Shown here: piece after piece, positions 17,585 through 27,220 of the stretch
Layout: every line of letters begins with the position of its first letter
How positions within the stretch are numbered: position 1 is the first letter of the stretch
NCBI GenBank assembly: GCA_038249055.1
Contig: JBBRWS010000001.1
Span: forward strand, 14,244-78,243
Origin: Minisyncoccia bacterium
Lineage (GTDB): Bacteria > Patescibacteriota > Minisyncoccia > Phycocordibacterales > UBA9973
DNA: 64,000 nucleotides
Direction of reading: 5' to 3'
The notes under the pieces: generated by a model
What the model saw: only the letters and a program-made list of their open reading frames with translations
Databases searched by the model: none
Told to the model about the DNA's origin: nothing
Program-made: the position numbers and the translations under genes

Positions 17585-18199
17585 ATGAAAAAAGAACGAC
17601 TCGGTTTTAATCTAGCTTTGATGGGAATGATTGCTTCAGGTAAAGAAACTCAGACAGATCTTTTAAAAAAAAGATACTCGCTTCAATCCGTCGAAACAGG
17701 TGTTTACACCAGAAAACTTTTAAAAGAAAAAACTGAAAATGGTGAATGGGCCAGACGTACAGCAGGAAAAGGTGGACCCTTGCCTGTTGTATTAATGAAA
17801 AAATTTCTTCTAGATCAAATAAGTAAAAAATCTAAAAATAAAGATTTAATTTTTATTGGTGGACCACGTCTTAAGCCAGAAGCACAATTAACTAAAAAAA
17901 TACTTCAAGAAAAAGGACAAGATATATTTGTGATATATATTACTCTTCCAGATAATGAAGTATACAAGAGATCGATAAAACGTAAGACTGGTAACATGAA
18001 AGCCATTTATAAAGTTTTTGATACAAAAGAAATTATTGGTAAACGTATCAAGTGGCACAAAGAACAAGTGGGTAAAACTGTAAAATATTTTGAGTCTTTA
18101 GGTAAATTAAAAAAGATAAATGGTAATCAGCCTATTGATAAAGTATATTTAGACATAGAGAAGGCCTTGACCTATTTTAAAAAATTAAATAATAAATAA
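17585..18199 (+). CDS. Nucleoside monophosphate kinase (adenylate kinase-like)
   Basis: G-x-x-ASGKETQ P-loop, GGPR (DGxPR-like), KINGNQPIDKV. Confidence 0.8.
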   Translation: MKKERLGFNLALMGMIASGKETQTDLLKKRYSLQSVETGVYTRKLLKEKTENGEWARRTAGKGGPLPVVLMKKFLLDQISKKSKNKDLIFIGGPRLKPEAQLTKKILQEKGQDIFVIYITLPDNEVYKRSIKRKTGNMKAIYKVFDTKEIIGKRIKWHKEQVGKTVKYFESLGKLKKINGNQPIDKVYLDIEKALTYFKKLNNK

Positions 18200-18203
18200 A
18201 AGG

Positions 18204-19634
18204 ATGAAAATATTAAGCGAAGTATTAGAAAATATAAAAGTAATAGAAAGTCATGGTAATCTTGAAACCCGTATATCTTCGGTATCACTTAATTCAAAAA
18301 TGATTGAACCTAGGTCTTTGTTTGTGGCTATTGCTGGTAATATGGTAGATGGTCATTTTTATATAGATGAAGTTATTGAAAAAGGAGCAACTGCTATTGT
18401 TTACGAGCGCGACCCCTCAGAATTTAAAAGCGGTGTTACTTATATTAAAGTAGCTGATACTCATAGTGCAGTGGGAATAATTGCGGATAATTTTTATGGT
18501 AATCCATCCAGTAAATTAAAATTAATAGGAGTGACTGGTACAAATGGTAAAACAACTACAGCCACGCTATTACATCAACTTTTTCGAGATTTAGGTCATA
18601 AGGCTGGAATGATTGGAACAATAGTAAATAAAATAAATGATGAATCTTTTGAATCAGTTAGAACAACTCCAGACCCAATAAATTTAAATAGATTATTGGC
18701 TGAAATGAACGACGCTGGTTGTGAATATTGTTTTATGGAAGTTTCATCACACTCTGTATGTGAAAAGAGAATAGAAGGTCTTACTTTTGCGGGTGGAATA
18801 TTTACAAATCTTACACTAGATCATTTGGATTATCATAAAACTTTTGAAAATTATTGTGATGCCAAAAAAAGTTTTTTTGATATATTACCTGCGTCTTCAT
18901 TTGCGGTTGCAAACATAGATGATGATAAAGGAGAATATGTGCTAAGTTCTACAAAGGCAAAGAAATATACTTTTAGTTTAAAAAAAGAAGCGGATTTTAA
19001 TGAAAGATTAGAAAGTAAACTTATAGGTGAATTCAACGCATATAATATTTTGGGAATTTATGCTGTAGCTGTTTTACTTCTATATGGAGATAAACCTGCC
19101 CGACTTGGTAGTCATTCAGGCGGGGAAAAAGTGAAAGAAGTTATAAAAAGTTTGGAATCTGTCGCTGGACGTTTTCAATATATAAAAAGTGAAAGTGGTG
19201 TAACTGGTATAATAGATTATGCTCATACTCCAGATGCACTTCTAAATGTTTTAAAAACAATAAATGGAATGAAAGGTGATAATAAAGTTATATCAGTTAT
19301 TGGTTGCGGGGGGGATCGTGATAAAAGTAAACGTCCAATAATGGCAAAAATTGGTTATGATATGAGTGACATTCTTATTCTAACATCAGATAATCCTCGT
19401 ACTGAGAAACCAGAAGATATTTTAAATGATATGCAAAAAGGTTTACCTCTTGATGGTCTTGATAAAGTAGAAATAATAATTGATAGACATGTAGCCATAA
19501 AAAAAGCTTGTACATTTGCAAAACCTGGTGACTTTATGCTTGTAGCGGGGAAGGGGCATGAAAATTATCAAGAAGTAAATGGTGTTAAAACACATTTTGA
19601 TGACATGGAAGAATTGCAGAAAAATTTGAAATAA
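18204..19634 (+). CDS. murE: UDP-MurNAc-Ala-Glu--diaminopimelate ligase
   Basis: GVTGTNGKTT, MEVSSH, FTNLTLDHLDYH, DYAHTPDAL, DNPR (DAP-type), GKGHE. Confidence 0.96.
   Translation: MKILSEVLENIKVIESHGNLETRISSVSLNSKMIEPRSLFVAIAGNMVDGHFYIDEVIEKGATAIVYERDPSEFKSGVTYIKVADTHSAVGIIADNFYGNPSSKLKLIGVTGTNGKTTTATLLHQLFRDLGHKAGMIGTIVNKINDESFESVRTTPDPINLNRLLAEMNDAGCEYCFMEVSSHSVCEKRIEGLTFAGGIFTNLTLDHLDYHKTFENYCDAKKSFFDILPASSFAVANIDDDKGEYVLSSTKAKKYTFSLKKEADFNERLESKLIGEFNAYNILGIYAVAVLLLYGDKPARLGSHSGGEKVKEVIKSLESVAGRFQYIKSESGVTGIIDYAHTPDALLNVLKTINGMKGDNKVISVIGCGGDRDKSKRPIMAKIGYDMSDILILTSDNPRTEKPEDILNDMQKGLPLDGLDKVEIIIDRHVAIKKACTFAKPGDFMLVAGKGHENYQEVNGVKTHFDDMEELQKNLK
19095..19124 (+). repeat. 30-bp palindromic element (family D), in-frame in murE
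   Basis: CCTGCCCGACTTGGTAGTCATTCAGGCGGG encodes PARLGSHSGG. GC-rich patch in an AT-rich gene. Confidence 0.78.
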
Positions 19635-19691
19635 AATAAACTACGCATATAAGCCATGGTGTATATGCGTAAAAAGATATTTTAATCTAAA

Positions 19692-21026
19692 ATGAAAAAT
19701 TATAAACAACATTTTAAAGGAAAGAAGATTACTGTGATGGGGCTTGGTCTTTTGGGTCGTGGTATTGGATACACTAAATTTTTATCTGAATGTGGTGCGG
19801 ACTTGATAGTTACAGATTTAAAAACAAAAGAACAACTCGTATCTTCAATAAAAGCTTTGAAAAAATTTAAAAATATTAAATTTATACTTGGCGAACATAG
19901 ACTGGAAGATTTTAGAGATAGAGATATGATTATAAAAGCTGCTGGGGTACCACTTGATTCTATTTATATAAAAGAAGCAAAGAAAAATAATATCCCAGTT
20001 GAAATGGATGTATCTCTCTTTGCTAAATGTGCACCTAAGGTGGTAATAATTGGTGTTACAGGAACAAGAGGTAAATCAATGACAACTACACTTATATATG
20101 AAATATTAAAAGCTAATGAAAAATTTTTAAACAAGAATGTTTATGTTGGGGGTAATCTCCGTGGAGTAGCAACTTTACCTTTACTTAAAAAGGTAAAAGA
20201 AGGGGATATTTTAATTTGTGAACTAGACTCTTGGCAGTTACAAGGTTTTGGTGAAGCAAAACTTTCACCGCATATTTCTATATTCACATCATTTATGCCT
20301 GATCATATGAATTATTATAAAGATAATATGGAAAAGTATTTTGATGATAAGGCAAATATTTACAAATATCAAAAGGAAAATGATATTCTTATTATTCGTC
20401 CTAAAATGAAAAAATTAATTCCTCCAAATATTAAAAGTAAATTGATAGTTATAAATAAAAAAGAAATAGAAAGTTGGAAATTTATTGTTCCTGGGGAAAA
20501 TCAAAGAGAAAATTTAGCTTGTGCCGTAAAGGTTGCAGAACAATTTGATATCCCTATATCTAAGATTAAAAAAGCTGTGGAAGATTTTAAGGGTCTTGAA
20601 GGACGCATGCAATTATTGAGTTCTTATAAAGGAATTAAGATTTATAATGATAATAACGCTACTACACCAGAGGCAACAATTTCGGGAATTGAATCATTAA
20701 AAAGTGAAAAGAAAAATATTATTTTAATTTGTGGAGGTGCAGATAAAAATCTTCCGTTAGATAATTTTGTAAAACTTATAAATAAAAACTGTAAAACTAT
20801 AGTGTTAATTCCTGGGACAGGGACTGATAAGCTAATTAATAATTTTAACTTAAAAATTAAAAATGAGATAGGTAAAGATTTAAAAGATGTAGTACAAAGA
20901 GCTGTTAAACATACAAAGAAAGGAGATATTATTTTATTCTCTCCAGCTTTTGCTTCTTTTGGTATGTTTAATAATGAATACGAACGCAATGATCTTTTTA
21001 TGAAGATTATAAAAAATTTGAAATAA
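19692..21026 (+). CDS. murD: UDP-MurNAc-Ala--D-glutamate ligase
   Basis: GLGLLG, GVTGTRGKS, GGN, ELDSWQL, DH, ATTP, FSPAFASF...R. Confidence 0.95.
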   Translation: MKNYKQHFKGKKITVMGLGLLGRGIGYTKFLSECGADLIVTDLKTKEQLVSSIKALKKFKNIKFILGEHRLEDFRDRDMIIKAAGVPLDSIYIKEAKKNNIPVEMDVSLFAKCAPKVVIIGVTGTRGKSMTTTLIYEILKANEKFLNKNVYVGGNLRGVATLPLLKKVKEGDILICELDSWQLQGFGEAKLSPHISIFTSFMPDHMNYYKDNMEKYFDDKANIYKYQKENDILIIRPKMKKLIPPNIKSKLIVINKKEIESWKFIVPGENQRENLACAVKVAEQFDIPISKIKKAVEDFKGLEGRMQLLSSYKGIKIYNDNNATTPEATISGIESLKSEKKNIILICGGADKNLPLDNFVKLINKNCKTIVLIPGTGTDKLINNFNLKIKNEIGKDLKDVVQRAVKHTKKGDIILFSPAFASFGMFNNEYERNDLFMKIIKNLK

Positions 21027-21030
21027 TTTT

Positions 21031-21594
21031 ATGAGTAATCCATTAGAACTGTTAGAGGTGGTAGATGATAATGACAATGTCATAAGGATTGAGACAAAAG
21101 AAAAAATTCATGAAGATGAGTTGCTTCATCGTGATGTCCATATTTGGTTTATAACCCCTAATGGAGAAATGGTTTTTCAACATAGGTCAAAAAATAAAAA
21201 TCTATTACCAGATAAGTTGGATTCAACAGTTGCTGGTCACGTAGAATTAAATGATTCCTATGAAAAGACCGCGATTAAGGAGTGTAAAGAAGAGACTGGT
21301 ATAGATATAGATGTTAATAAACTTGTGTTTTTAATAAAAAAGAAAAAAAGTGCAGTCAATCATGTTAATGGAAAATCTCATAATACTATAGGCGTTTTGT
21401 ATGTGTATTTGTACGAAGGCAAAATAAGTGATTTAAAAGTAGAAAAAGATGACGGGGAAGGTTTTGAGCTTTGGAAGATTGATGAATTGCCTCATCTCTC
21501 TCTAGAAGATAAATCTAAATTTATTCCAGAAATTCTTTGTGAAGAAATGTTTATTCTTTTTAATAAAGCAAAAAATATTTTTAATATAAAATAA
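21031..21594 (+). CDS. NUDIX hydrolase (IDI/YfcD-like)
   Basis: LLHRDVHIW, AGHVELNDSYEKTAIKECKEETGI Nudix box. Confidence 0.88.
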   Translation: MSNPLELLEVVDDNDNVIRIETKEKIHEDELLHRDVHIWFITPNGEMVFQHRSKNKNLLPDKLDSTVAGHVELNDSYEKTAIKECKEETGIDIDVNKLVFLIKKKKSAVNHVNGKSHNTIGVLYVYLYEGKISDLKVEKDDGEGFELWKIDELPHLSLEDKSKFIPEILCEEMFILFNKAKNIFNIK

Positions 21595-22043
21595 TGAAAA
21601 ACAAAAATAAAAAAACAATAGTTATTTGTTCAAGTGCTTCTTTTTATACTCAAGCCGTTGAAATAGAGAAGCAGTTAAAAATTTTGGGTTTTAAAGTCAA
21701 GATTCCATTAGTAGCTAATAAAATGAAGAAAAGCGGAGATTTTAATGTTGATACATATAAAACTTGGAACGAAAGACCAGAAGATTATAAAATAAAATCA
21801 TATCTTACAAAGAAGCATTTTATTGAAATAGAAAAAGGTGATATTGTTTTAGTTTTGAATTATAAGAAAAATGTGAAAGACGGATATATTGGCGGGGCTG
21901 TTTTATGTGAAATGGCGATTGCTTTTTATCTTAAAAAACCTATTTACATATTAAATAAAATAGATGAAAGTTCTTCTCTTAAAGAAGAAATTTATGCGAT
22001 GTCCCAAAAAATAATTAATGGCGATTTATTAAAAATTAAATAA
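21594..22043 (+). CDS. Nucleoside 2-deoxyribosyltransferase-like protein
   Basis: IEKGDIVLVLN...GYIG...EMAIAFYLKKPIY pattern. Confidence 0.6.
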   Translation: MKNKNKKTIVICSSASFYTQAVEIEKQLKILGFKVKIPLVANKMKKSGDFNVDTYKTWNERPEDYKIKSYLTKKHFIEIEKGDIVLVLNYKKNVKDGYIGGAVLCEMAIAFYLKKPIYILNKIDESSSLKEEIYAMSQKIINGDLLKIK

Positions 22044-22047
22044 TAAT

Positions 22048-22656
22048 ATGAAAAAACAAATTATTTTTATCAGGGGAGGGGAAACTTTTGCTAATAAAGA
22101 AGATTTTTATACTTTTCTTAATACAACAGATATTAATCCATACGAAAACAAAAAACATTGGAGAGATGAAGTTATTGAAAAAATAGCAGAAACTTATGAC
22201 CCTTTGGTTCCCAATATGCCATTGAGAGAAAATTCGGATTATAAAGCTTGGAAAATTTGGTTTGATAGACATTTGGATTTTATATATGACGAAAGTCCTA
22301 TTCTTGTTGGAACTTCATTGGGTGCTACTTTTTTATTAAAATATTTATCTGAAAATGGTTTTTCAAAAAAAATTTCTCAATTACATTTAATGGCTCCTTG
22401 TGTTACAGATGAAGGGCAACAACTAGAGAAACTTTCAACTTTTGAGTTTGATGTAACTAAAATAAATAAGATTTCTAATCTTTGTAAAGATATTCATTTA
22501 TGGCATTCAAAAGATGATAAATTTGTGCCATTTAAAAATTCGGAAATTGTTAAAGAGAATCTCCCAGATGCTTTCTTCCATATTCTTGAAGATAAAGGTC
22601 ATTTTAACATAGAATCGTTTCCTGAAATATTGGAAGTTATAAAAAAAGTTAATTAA
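22048..22656 (+). CDS. Alpha/beta hydrolase (RBBP9/YdeN family)
   Basis: GTSLG nucleophile, HSKDDKFVPF, GHFN. Confidence 0.85.
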   Translation: MKKQIIFIRGGETFANKEDFYTFLNTTDINPYENKKHWRDEVIEKIAETYDPLVPNMPLRENSDYKAWKIWFDRHLDFIYDESPILVGTSLGATFLLKYLSENGFSKKISQLHLMAPCVTDEGQQLEKLSTFEFDVTKINKISNLCKDIHLWHSKDDKFVPFKNSEIVKENLPDAFFHILEDKGHFNIESFPEILEVIKKVN

Positions 22657-22660
22657 TTTT

Positions 22661-23290
22661 ATGAAATTAATTCTTTCTTCAGACGGTAGTTTTTTGCTCA
22701 AATATGGATATGGACTAACTGGTATTCCAAAAGATCAGATGAGAATTGGCTATATTACAACTGCTTACAAGGTTTCTCGTAATAATTGGGATTTTTTTGA
22801 TAATTATAAAAATAAAGTCATAAAAGAAGGATATAATCTTGAAGAAATAGATATTGAAGACAAAAGCGAAGAAGAATTAAGAATTTTTTTTAAAGATAAA
22901 AATGTAATTCACATAGAAGGCGGAAATACTTTTTATTTGTTAAAAGTTATAAAAGAAACTGGTTTTGATAAAATTCTTAAAGAATTATTGGAAGAGGGTA
23001 GAGTCTATATTGGAACAAGTGCTGGAGCTTATGTTGCTTGTCCTACCATAGAAGTTTCTACTTGGAACGAAGATGGAAAGGATAGATTTGGGATTACAGA
23101 TTTTAATGCATTAAATTTAGTTCCATTTGTTTTAAAAGTTCATTATAAAGATGAACAAAAAGAAAAAGTGAAATTAAATATGAAAAATTGTAAATATCCT
23201 ATTAGAATATTAAGGGATGGACAAGGTATAATAGTAGATGATACTAATTATATATTTTCAGGTGATGGGGAAGAATTAATTTTAAATTAA
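22661..23290 (+). CDS. Peptidase E (S51) family protein
   Basis: YITTA, EGGNTFYLL, GTSAGA, VHY. Confidence 0.88.
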   Translation: MKLILSSDGSFLLKYGYGLTGIPKDQMRIGYITTAYKVSRNNWDFFDNYKNKVIKEGYNLEEIDIEDKSEEELRIFFKDKNVIHIEGGNTFYLLKVIKETGFDKILKELLEEGRVYIGTSAGAYVACPTIEVSTWNEDGKDRFGITDFNALNLVPFVLKVHYKDEQKEKVKLNMKNCKYPIRILRDGQGIIVDDTNYIFSGDGEELILN

Positions 23291-23291
23291 A

Positions 23292-23395
23292 ACTTGTCCC
23301 GTACTAAATTTACGGTTAGTAAAAAGTTTTAAAAATATGTTTACAACATAAAGTCGTGATAAAAAATAATTAATATTAAAAATTTTAGTACGGGG
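23292..23395 (+). mobile_element. Start-codon-abutting inverted-repeat element (family C)
   Basis: ACTTGTCCCGTACTAAATTT...AAAATTTTAGTACGGGG-ATG(23396). Fills the whole intergenic space. Confidence 0.85.
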
Positions 23396-23905
23396 ATGTA
23401 TAAAAGAATTATAATTTTTGGTGGAGGTGGATCTGGAAAATCTACTCTCGCAAATAGAATCGGTCTTTATACTGGTTATCCTGTGTATCATTTGGATAAT
23501 ATACTTTTAAATTCTGATTGGAGTATAAAAGATAAAAATGATTGGGAAGAAATAAGTAAGCAGTTTCTGTTAAGAGATACTGGGGTTGTTGATGGTAATT
23601 ATTCATCATCCTTACCTAATAGATTAAGTTGGGCTGATTTGGTTATTTATATTGATATTTCAACTAGAGTTCAATTATGGCGTATTTTTATAAGAAATAT
23701 TAAAATAAGAGTTGGAATAGATAAAAGACATGGGTTCCCTGATGGTTCAAAAGAAAAATTAAGTTTTAAATTTATTTCATGGGTGTATCATTGGAATTCA
23801 TCTCATCGGGTTAAAATGTTTTCTTTGTTAGAATCTATAGAAGATAAAAAAGTTTTAATTATTAAAGAACCAAGAAAATTAGATTTAAAAAAATTATTTA
23901 ATTAA
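23396..23905 (+). CDS. P-loop kinase, topology modulation protein (FlaR)-like
   Basis: GGGGSGKSTLA, HLD, DGNY, ADLVIYID. Confidence 0.82.
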   Translation: MYKRIIIFGGGGSGKSTLANRIGLYTGYPVYHLDNILLNSDWSIKDKNDWEEISKQFLLRDTGVVDGNYSSSLPNRLSWADLVIYIDISTRVQLWRIFIRNIKIRVGIDKRHGFPDGSKEKLSFKFISWVYHWNSSHRVKMFSLLESIEDKKVLIIKEPRKLDLKKLFN

Positions 23906-23915
23906 ATAAAATTAT

Positions 23916-24025
23916 ACTTGCCCCGTACTAAATTTTCGATTAAGTTAGATATAATTTTAAAAATAAATTATTAATAAAATATTAGATATAAATATATGAT
24001 AAATAATAAAAATTTTAGTACTGTG
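23916..24025 (+). mobile_element. Start-codon-abutting inverted-repeat element (family C)
   Basis: ACTTGCCCCGTACTAAATTTT...AAAATTTTAGTACTGTG-GTG(24026). Confidence 0.8.
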
Positions 24026-24424
24026 GTGAAAACAATTTTAGTTGATGCGGTGTTTTGTTTTATTATAGAAAAAGAAGAGGGTAAATTTGAGATTTTTCAA
24101 GATATGTATAAATTACTTGAAACATATCCAAATAAAAAAATAATTCTTACTGGTGCGAGTGATGATAAAAGAGAGCTATATGGTTTGGATAAAATGCCTT
24201 ATGAGGTTTTTACTTTAAAGCATAATCCAGAAAAAACAGACCCAGAATATTATAAAATTTTATTAAAGAATTTTGATTTAAATAAAAATGATGTAATATA
24301 TTTTGAGCATGATATTAACGCAGTAAAAAGTGCTCAATCTTTAGGAATAAATACTTATCACTATGATAATGATATAAAAGACCTGGAAAGTCTTAAAAAG
24401 TTTATAGATGAAAACTTAAAATAA
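24026..24424 (+). CDS. HAD-like hydrolase (GTG start proposed)
   Basis: KTILVDAV, K-x-DPEYY, YFEHDINAVKSAQSLGI. The upstream extension MINNKNFSTV is element sequence. Confidence 0.75.
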   Translation: MKTILVDAVFCFIIEKEEGKFEIFQDMYKLLETYPNKKIILTGASDDKRELYGLDKMPYEVFTLKHNPEKTDPEYYKILLKNFDLNKNDVIYFEHDINAVKSAQSLGINTYHYDNDIKDLESLKKFIDENLK

Positions 24425-24425
24425 T

Positions 24426-24531
24426 ATACTTCTTTCTAAATTTTTGATTAGTAAAAAATCTTGAAAATATGTAGTATGTATAATATAAGGATGTGTTAAA
24501 AATAATTAATATTAAAAATTTTAGTACTGGG
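24426..24531 (+). mobile_element. Family C element with decayed left arm, upstream of murC
   Basis: Shares TTAGTAAAAA, AAAATATGT and AAAAATAATTAATATTAAAAATTTTAGTAC with 23292-23395. Ends TGGG-ATG(24532). Confidence 0.75.
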
Positions 24532-25854
24532 ATGGAATTAGATTTATCAAAAATTAAAAATGTGCACTTTATAGGTATTGGAGGAATAGGTATTTCAGCG
24601 ATTGCCCGTATGATGCTTCATGATGGAAAAATAGTAACTGGGCAGGATATGCAAGAAGGAGAAGTGGTAAAAGAGCTTATTAAACTTGGAGTTGATATAA
24701 AAATAGGGCAATCATATGAAAATATACCCTTAGATACTGATTTAATAGTTTATACTATTGCAATAGATACTTATGACTCAGATTTGGCTTTAAAAATAAA
24801 AACTCAAACAGAAATTCCAGTTCGTTCATATCCTCAAATGCTTGATATTATAAGTAAGGATAAATATACAATTGCGGTTTCGGGAACTCATGGAAAGACA
24901 ACTACAACAGCTATGATTGCCCAAATTCTGCGTGGAGCGGAATATGATCCAACTGTAATAGTTGGAAGTTTACTTGTGGGTGAAAAAAGTAACTTTATTG
25001 CTGGAGATAGTAAATATTTGGTTGTTGAAGCATGTGAATATAGAAGGTCATTTTTAAATATAAATCCTAAAATTTTGGTTATTACTAATATTGATAATGA
25101 CCATTTAGATTATTATAAAGACATAGAAGATATTAAGAGCGCATTTCACTCGATGGCTTTGAAAGTACCAGAAGATGGATATGTAATTTGTAATCCAGAG
25201 GATAAAAATATCGCTGATGTGATAAAAGATATTAATGCTAAAGTTGTAAATTATAATGATTTTTTTAATGTAAATTTAAAGTTGAAAATTCCTGGAATTC
25301 ACAATAAAAAAGATGCAGCAGCAGCGATTACAGTAACCACAATCCTAGGTGTTTCTATTGTTGACTCAGAAAAATATATCGGCGAATTCCCAGGGACCTG
25401 GAAACGATTTGAATTTAAAGGCACTTTATCTCAGGGTTCACTCTTGTATGATGATTATGCTCACCACCCTACAGAAATAAAAGCAACACTTGAAGGATTT
25501 AGAGAATTATATCCCAAGAAAGATAAATGGATAATTTCTGTTGTTTTTCAACCTCATTTATTTAGTCGTACAAAATTACTTTTATATGATTTTGCAAAAA
25601 GTTTTAAAGAAGCCGATGAAGTTATCATTTTACCAATTTATTATGCAAGAGAAACTGACGACGGGACTATAAGCTCAGATATTTTATGCTCGGAGATAAA
25701 TAAAATTAGTAACAATTCTAAATCTTTTGAAAACTTTGAAAGTGCAGAAATATATTTAAAAAATAATCTTTTAAAAATGGATAATAAAAATATTATAATT
25801 ACTATGGGGGCAGGTGATGCTGGAGATGTTGGGGACTCTCTTTTAAAAGGATAA
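24532..25854 (+). CDS. murC: UDP-N-acetylmuramate--L-alanine ligase (start reassigned to 24532)
   Basis: HFIGIGGIGISA, GTHGKTTTT, DHLDYY, DDYAHHPTE, FQPHLFSRT, MGAGD. Confidence 0.96.
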   Translation: MELDLSKIKNVHFIGIGGIGISAIARMMLHDGKIVTGQDMQEGEVVKELIKLGVDIKIGQSYENIPLDTDLIVYTIAIDTYDSDLALKIKTQTEIPVRSYPQMLDIISKDKYTIAVSGTHGKTTTTAMIAQILRGAEYDPTVIVGSLLVGEKSNFIAGDSKYLVVEACEYRRSFLNINPKILVITNIDNDHLDYYKDIEDIKSAFHSMALKVPEDGYVICNPEDKNIADVIKDINAKVVNYNDFFNVNLKLKIPGIHNKKDAAAAITVTTILGVSIVDSEKYIGEFPGTWKRFEFKGTLSQGSLLYDDYAHHPTEIKATLEGFRELYPKKDKWIISVVFQPHLFSRTKLLLYDFAKSFKEADEVIILPIYYARETDDGTISSDILCSEINKISNNSKSFENFESAEIYLKNNLLKMDNKNIIITMGAGDAGDVGDSLLKG

Positions 25855-25971
25855 ATATTCATTGTGGTATAATACACGAGTATCTGAACTTTTAGGTAGG
25901 TGGCTTTTTTAAGTAAATTATAAAATATAATAAAGAAATGATTAATTCATAATGTCATTTTTATTAAATAA

Positions 25972-26802
25972 ATGAAAAATTTTTTTCTCTCTCTGGTCAT
26001 TCCAATATATATTTTTACAGCTATACCAGTTTTTGCTGGTGAGCTTATTAATTCAGGGTTTATCCCTGGTCAAATTTGGTATTCAAAAGATACTTTAATT
26101 GAAGGTGATACTGTAAATATACATTCTGCTGTTTGGAATGGAGAAAAGGAGTCAATTATAGTGAAGATTGAATTTTACGATAAAAATGTAATTTTGGGGA
26201 ATAGGGAAGTTGTTGTAAATTCGATGGAGTTAAGGGATATTTATGTACCATGGAAAATTACATCTGGAGATCATGTTATATCAGCAAAGATTATTTCATC
26301 ATTGGTGACCATTTCTGGGAAAAAAGAAACAGTTTTATTAGAAAGAAACACAACTTCTAATGATAGACAATTTATAGAGGTCGTAGTTAAAAATAGTCTT
26401 GGTGAATCTGTATCTCAAACAGATGCATTAAAAAATCAAATAGGTAGGACAACTTCTGAAATAAGTAATATTGTTCCCGAAGAAGTAAGTACGACAATTT
26501 CGGGTGGTTTTTTGAGTATAGATAATTTACGTGATAAAACTTTTACAAAAGTAGATTCTATAAGGAATGAAACTAAAAAAGAAATAAACTTACTAAATGA
26601 TAAAGAAATCGTTGTAAACAAAAATCCAGAAAATAAAAGTAGTATAGAAGATGCGACAAAGAAACCTATTACATATATTAAATTATTTTTATTTTCAATT
26701 CTTTCTTTTATTTTTGGTAGCAAGATAGTTTTTTATGGTTTCATAATAGCCATCTTATTTTACTTTTTTCGTTTTATTTATCGTAAAATAAGAAACAAAT
26801 AA
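25972..26802 (+). CDS. Exported Ig/CARDB-like protein with C-terminal TM anchor
   Basis: Signal peptide, beta-rich domain (V.W....G.H.I.A), C-terminal TM and basic tail. Confidence 0.6.
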   Translation: MKNFFLSLVIPIYIFTAIPVFAGELINSGFIPGQIWYSKDTLIEGDTVNIHSAVWNGEKESIIVKIEFYDKNVILGNREVVVNSMELRDIYVPWKITSGDHVISAKIISSLVTISGKKETVLLERNTTSNDRQFIEVVVKNSLGESVSQTDALKNQIGRTTSEISNIVPEEVSTTISGGFLSIDNLRDKTFTKVDSIRNETKKEINLLNDKEIVVNKNPENKSSIEDATKKPITYIKLFLFSILSFIFGSKIVFYGFIIAILFYFFRFIYRKIRNK

Positions 26803-26842
26803 TAGATTTGTCAATATATGTTTTTTACAGTATAATCTCATT

Positions 26843-27133
26843 ATGAAGAGGATAATTTTTGATATAATATTGTTTATTACTATATATATATTTCCTTGGT
26901 GGGTTGGGTTTTTACTGTTAATGGTAGGATTATTTTATTTTGATAATTTTTATGAATTTATAATTATTAGTGCAATTATTTACTCATTATATTCAGTTCC
27001 TGGTTTAGGAGTAATTTCTTCTTCGGTATTTTTCCCTTCAATTATTATTATTTTATATATTATTGTTCAATCTGTAAAAAATAATATTATTCATTATAAA
27101 AATGAATCGTATAGTATAAATAGAATTATTTAA
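26843..27133 (+). CDS. Small hydrophobic membrane protein
   Basis: 96 aa, mostly TM. TATAAT lies 6 nt before the ATG. Confidence 0.65.
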   Translation: MKRIIFDIILFITIYIFPWWVGFLLLMVGLFYFDNFYEFIIISAIIYSLYSVPGLGVISSSVFFPSIIIILYIIVQSVKNNIIHYKNESYSINRII

Positions 27134-27220
27134 AAAACAAACACAATCAGTATATTATTTAAACTTTAATAAAATAAAAAGAGAAATGATTGAATCATAA
27201 CGTCATTTATCAATATTCGA

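Noticed and set aside
23996-24025. N-terminal extensions MINNKNFSTV (and MLKIINIKNFSTG of murC at 24493)
   Set aside because: Both are translations of the family C right arm. Family homology starts after them.
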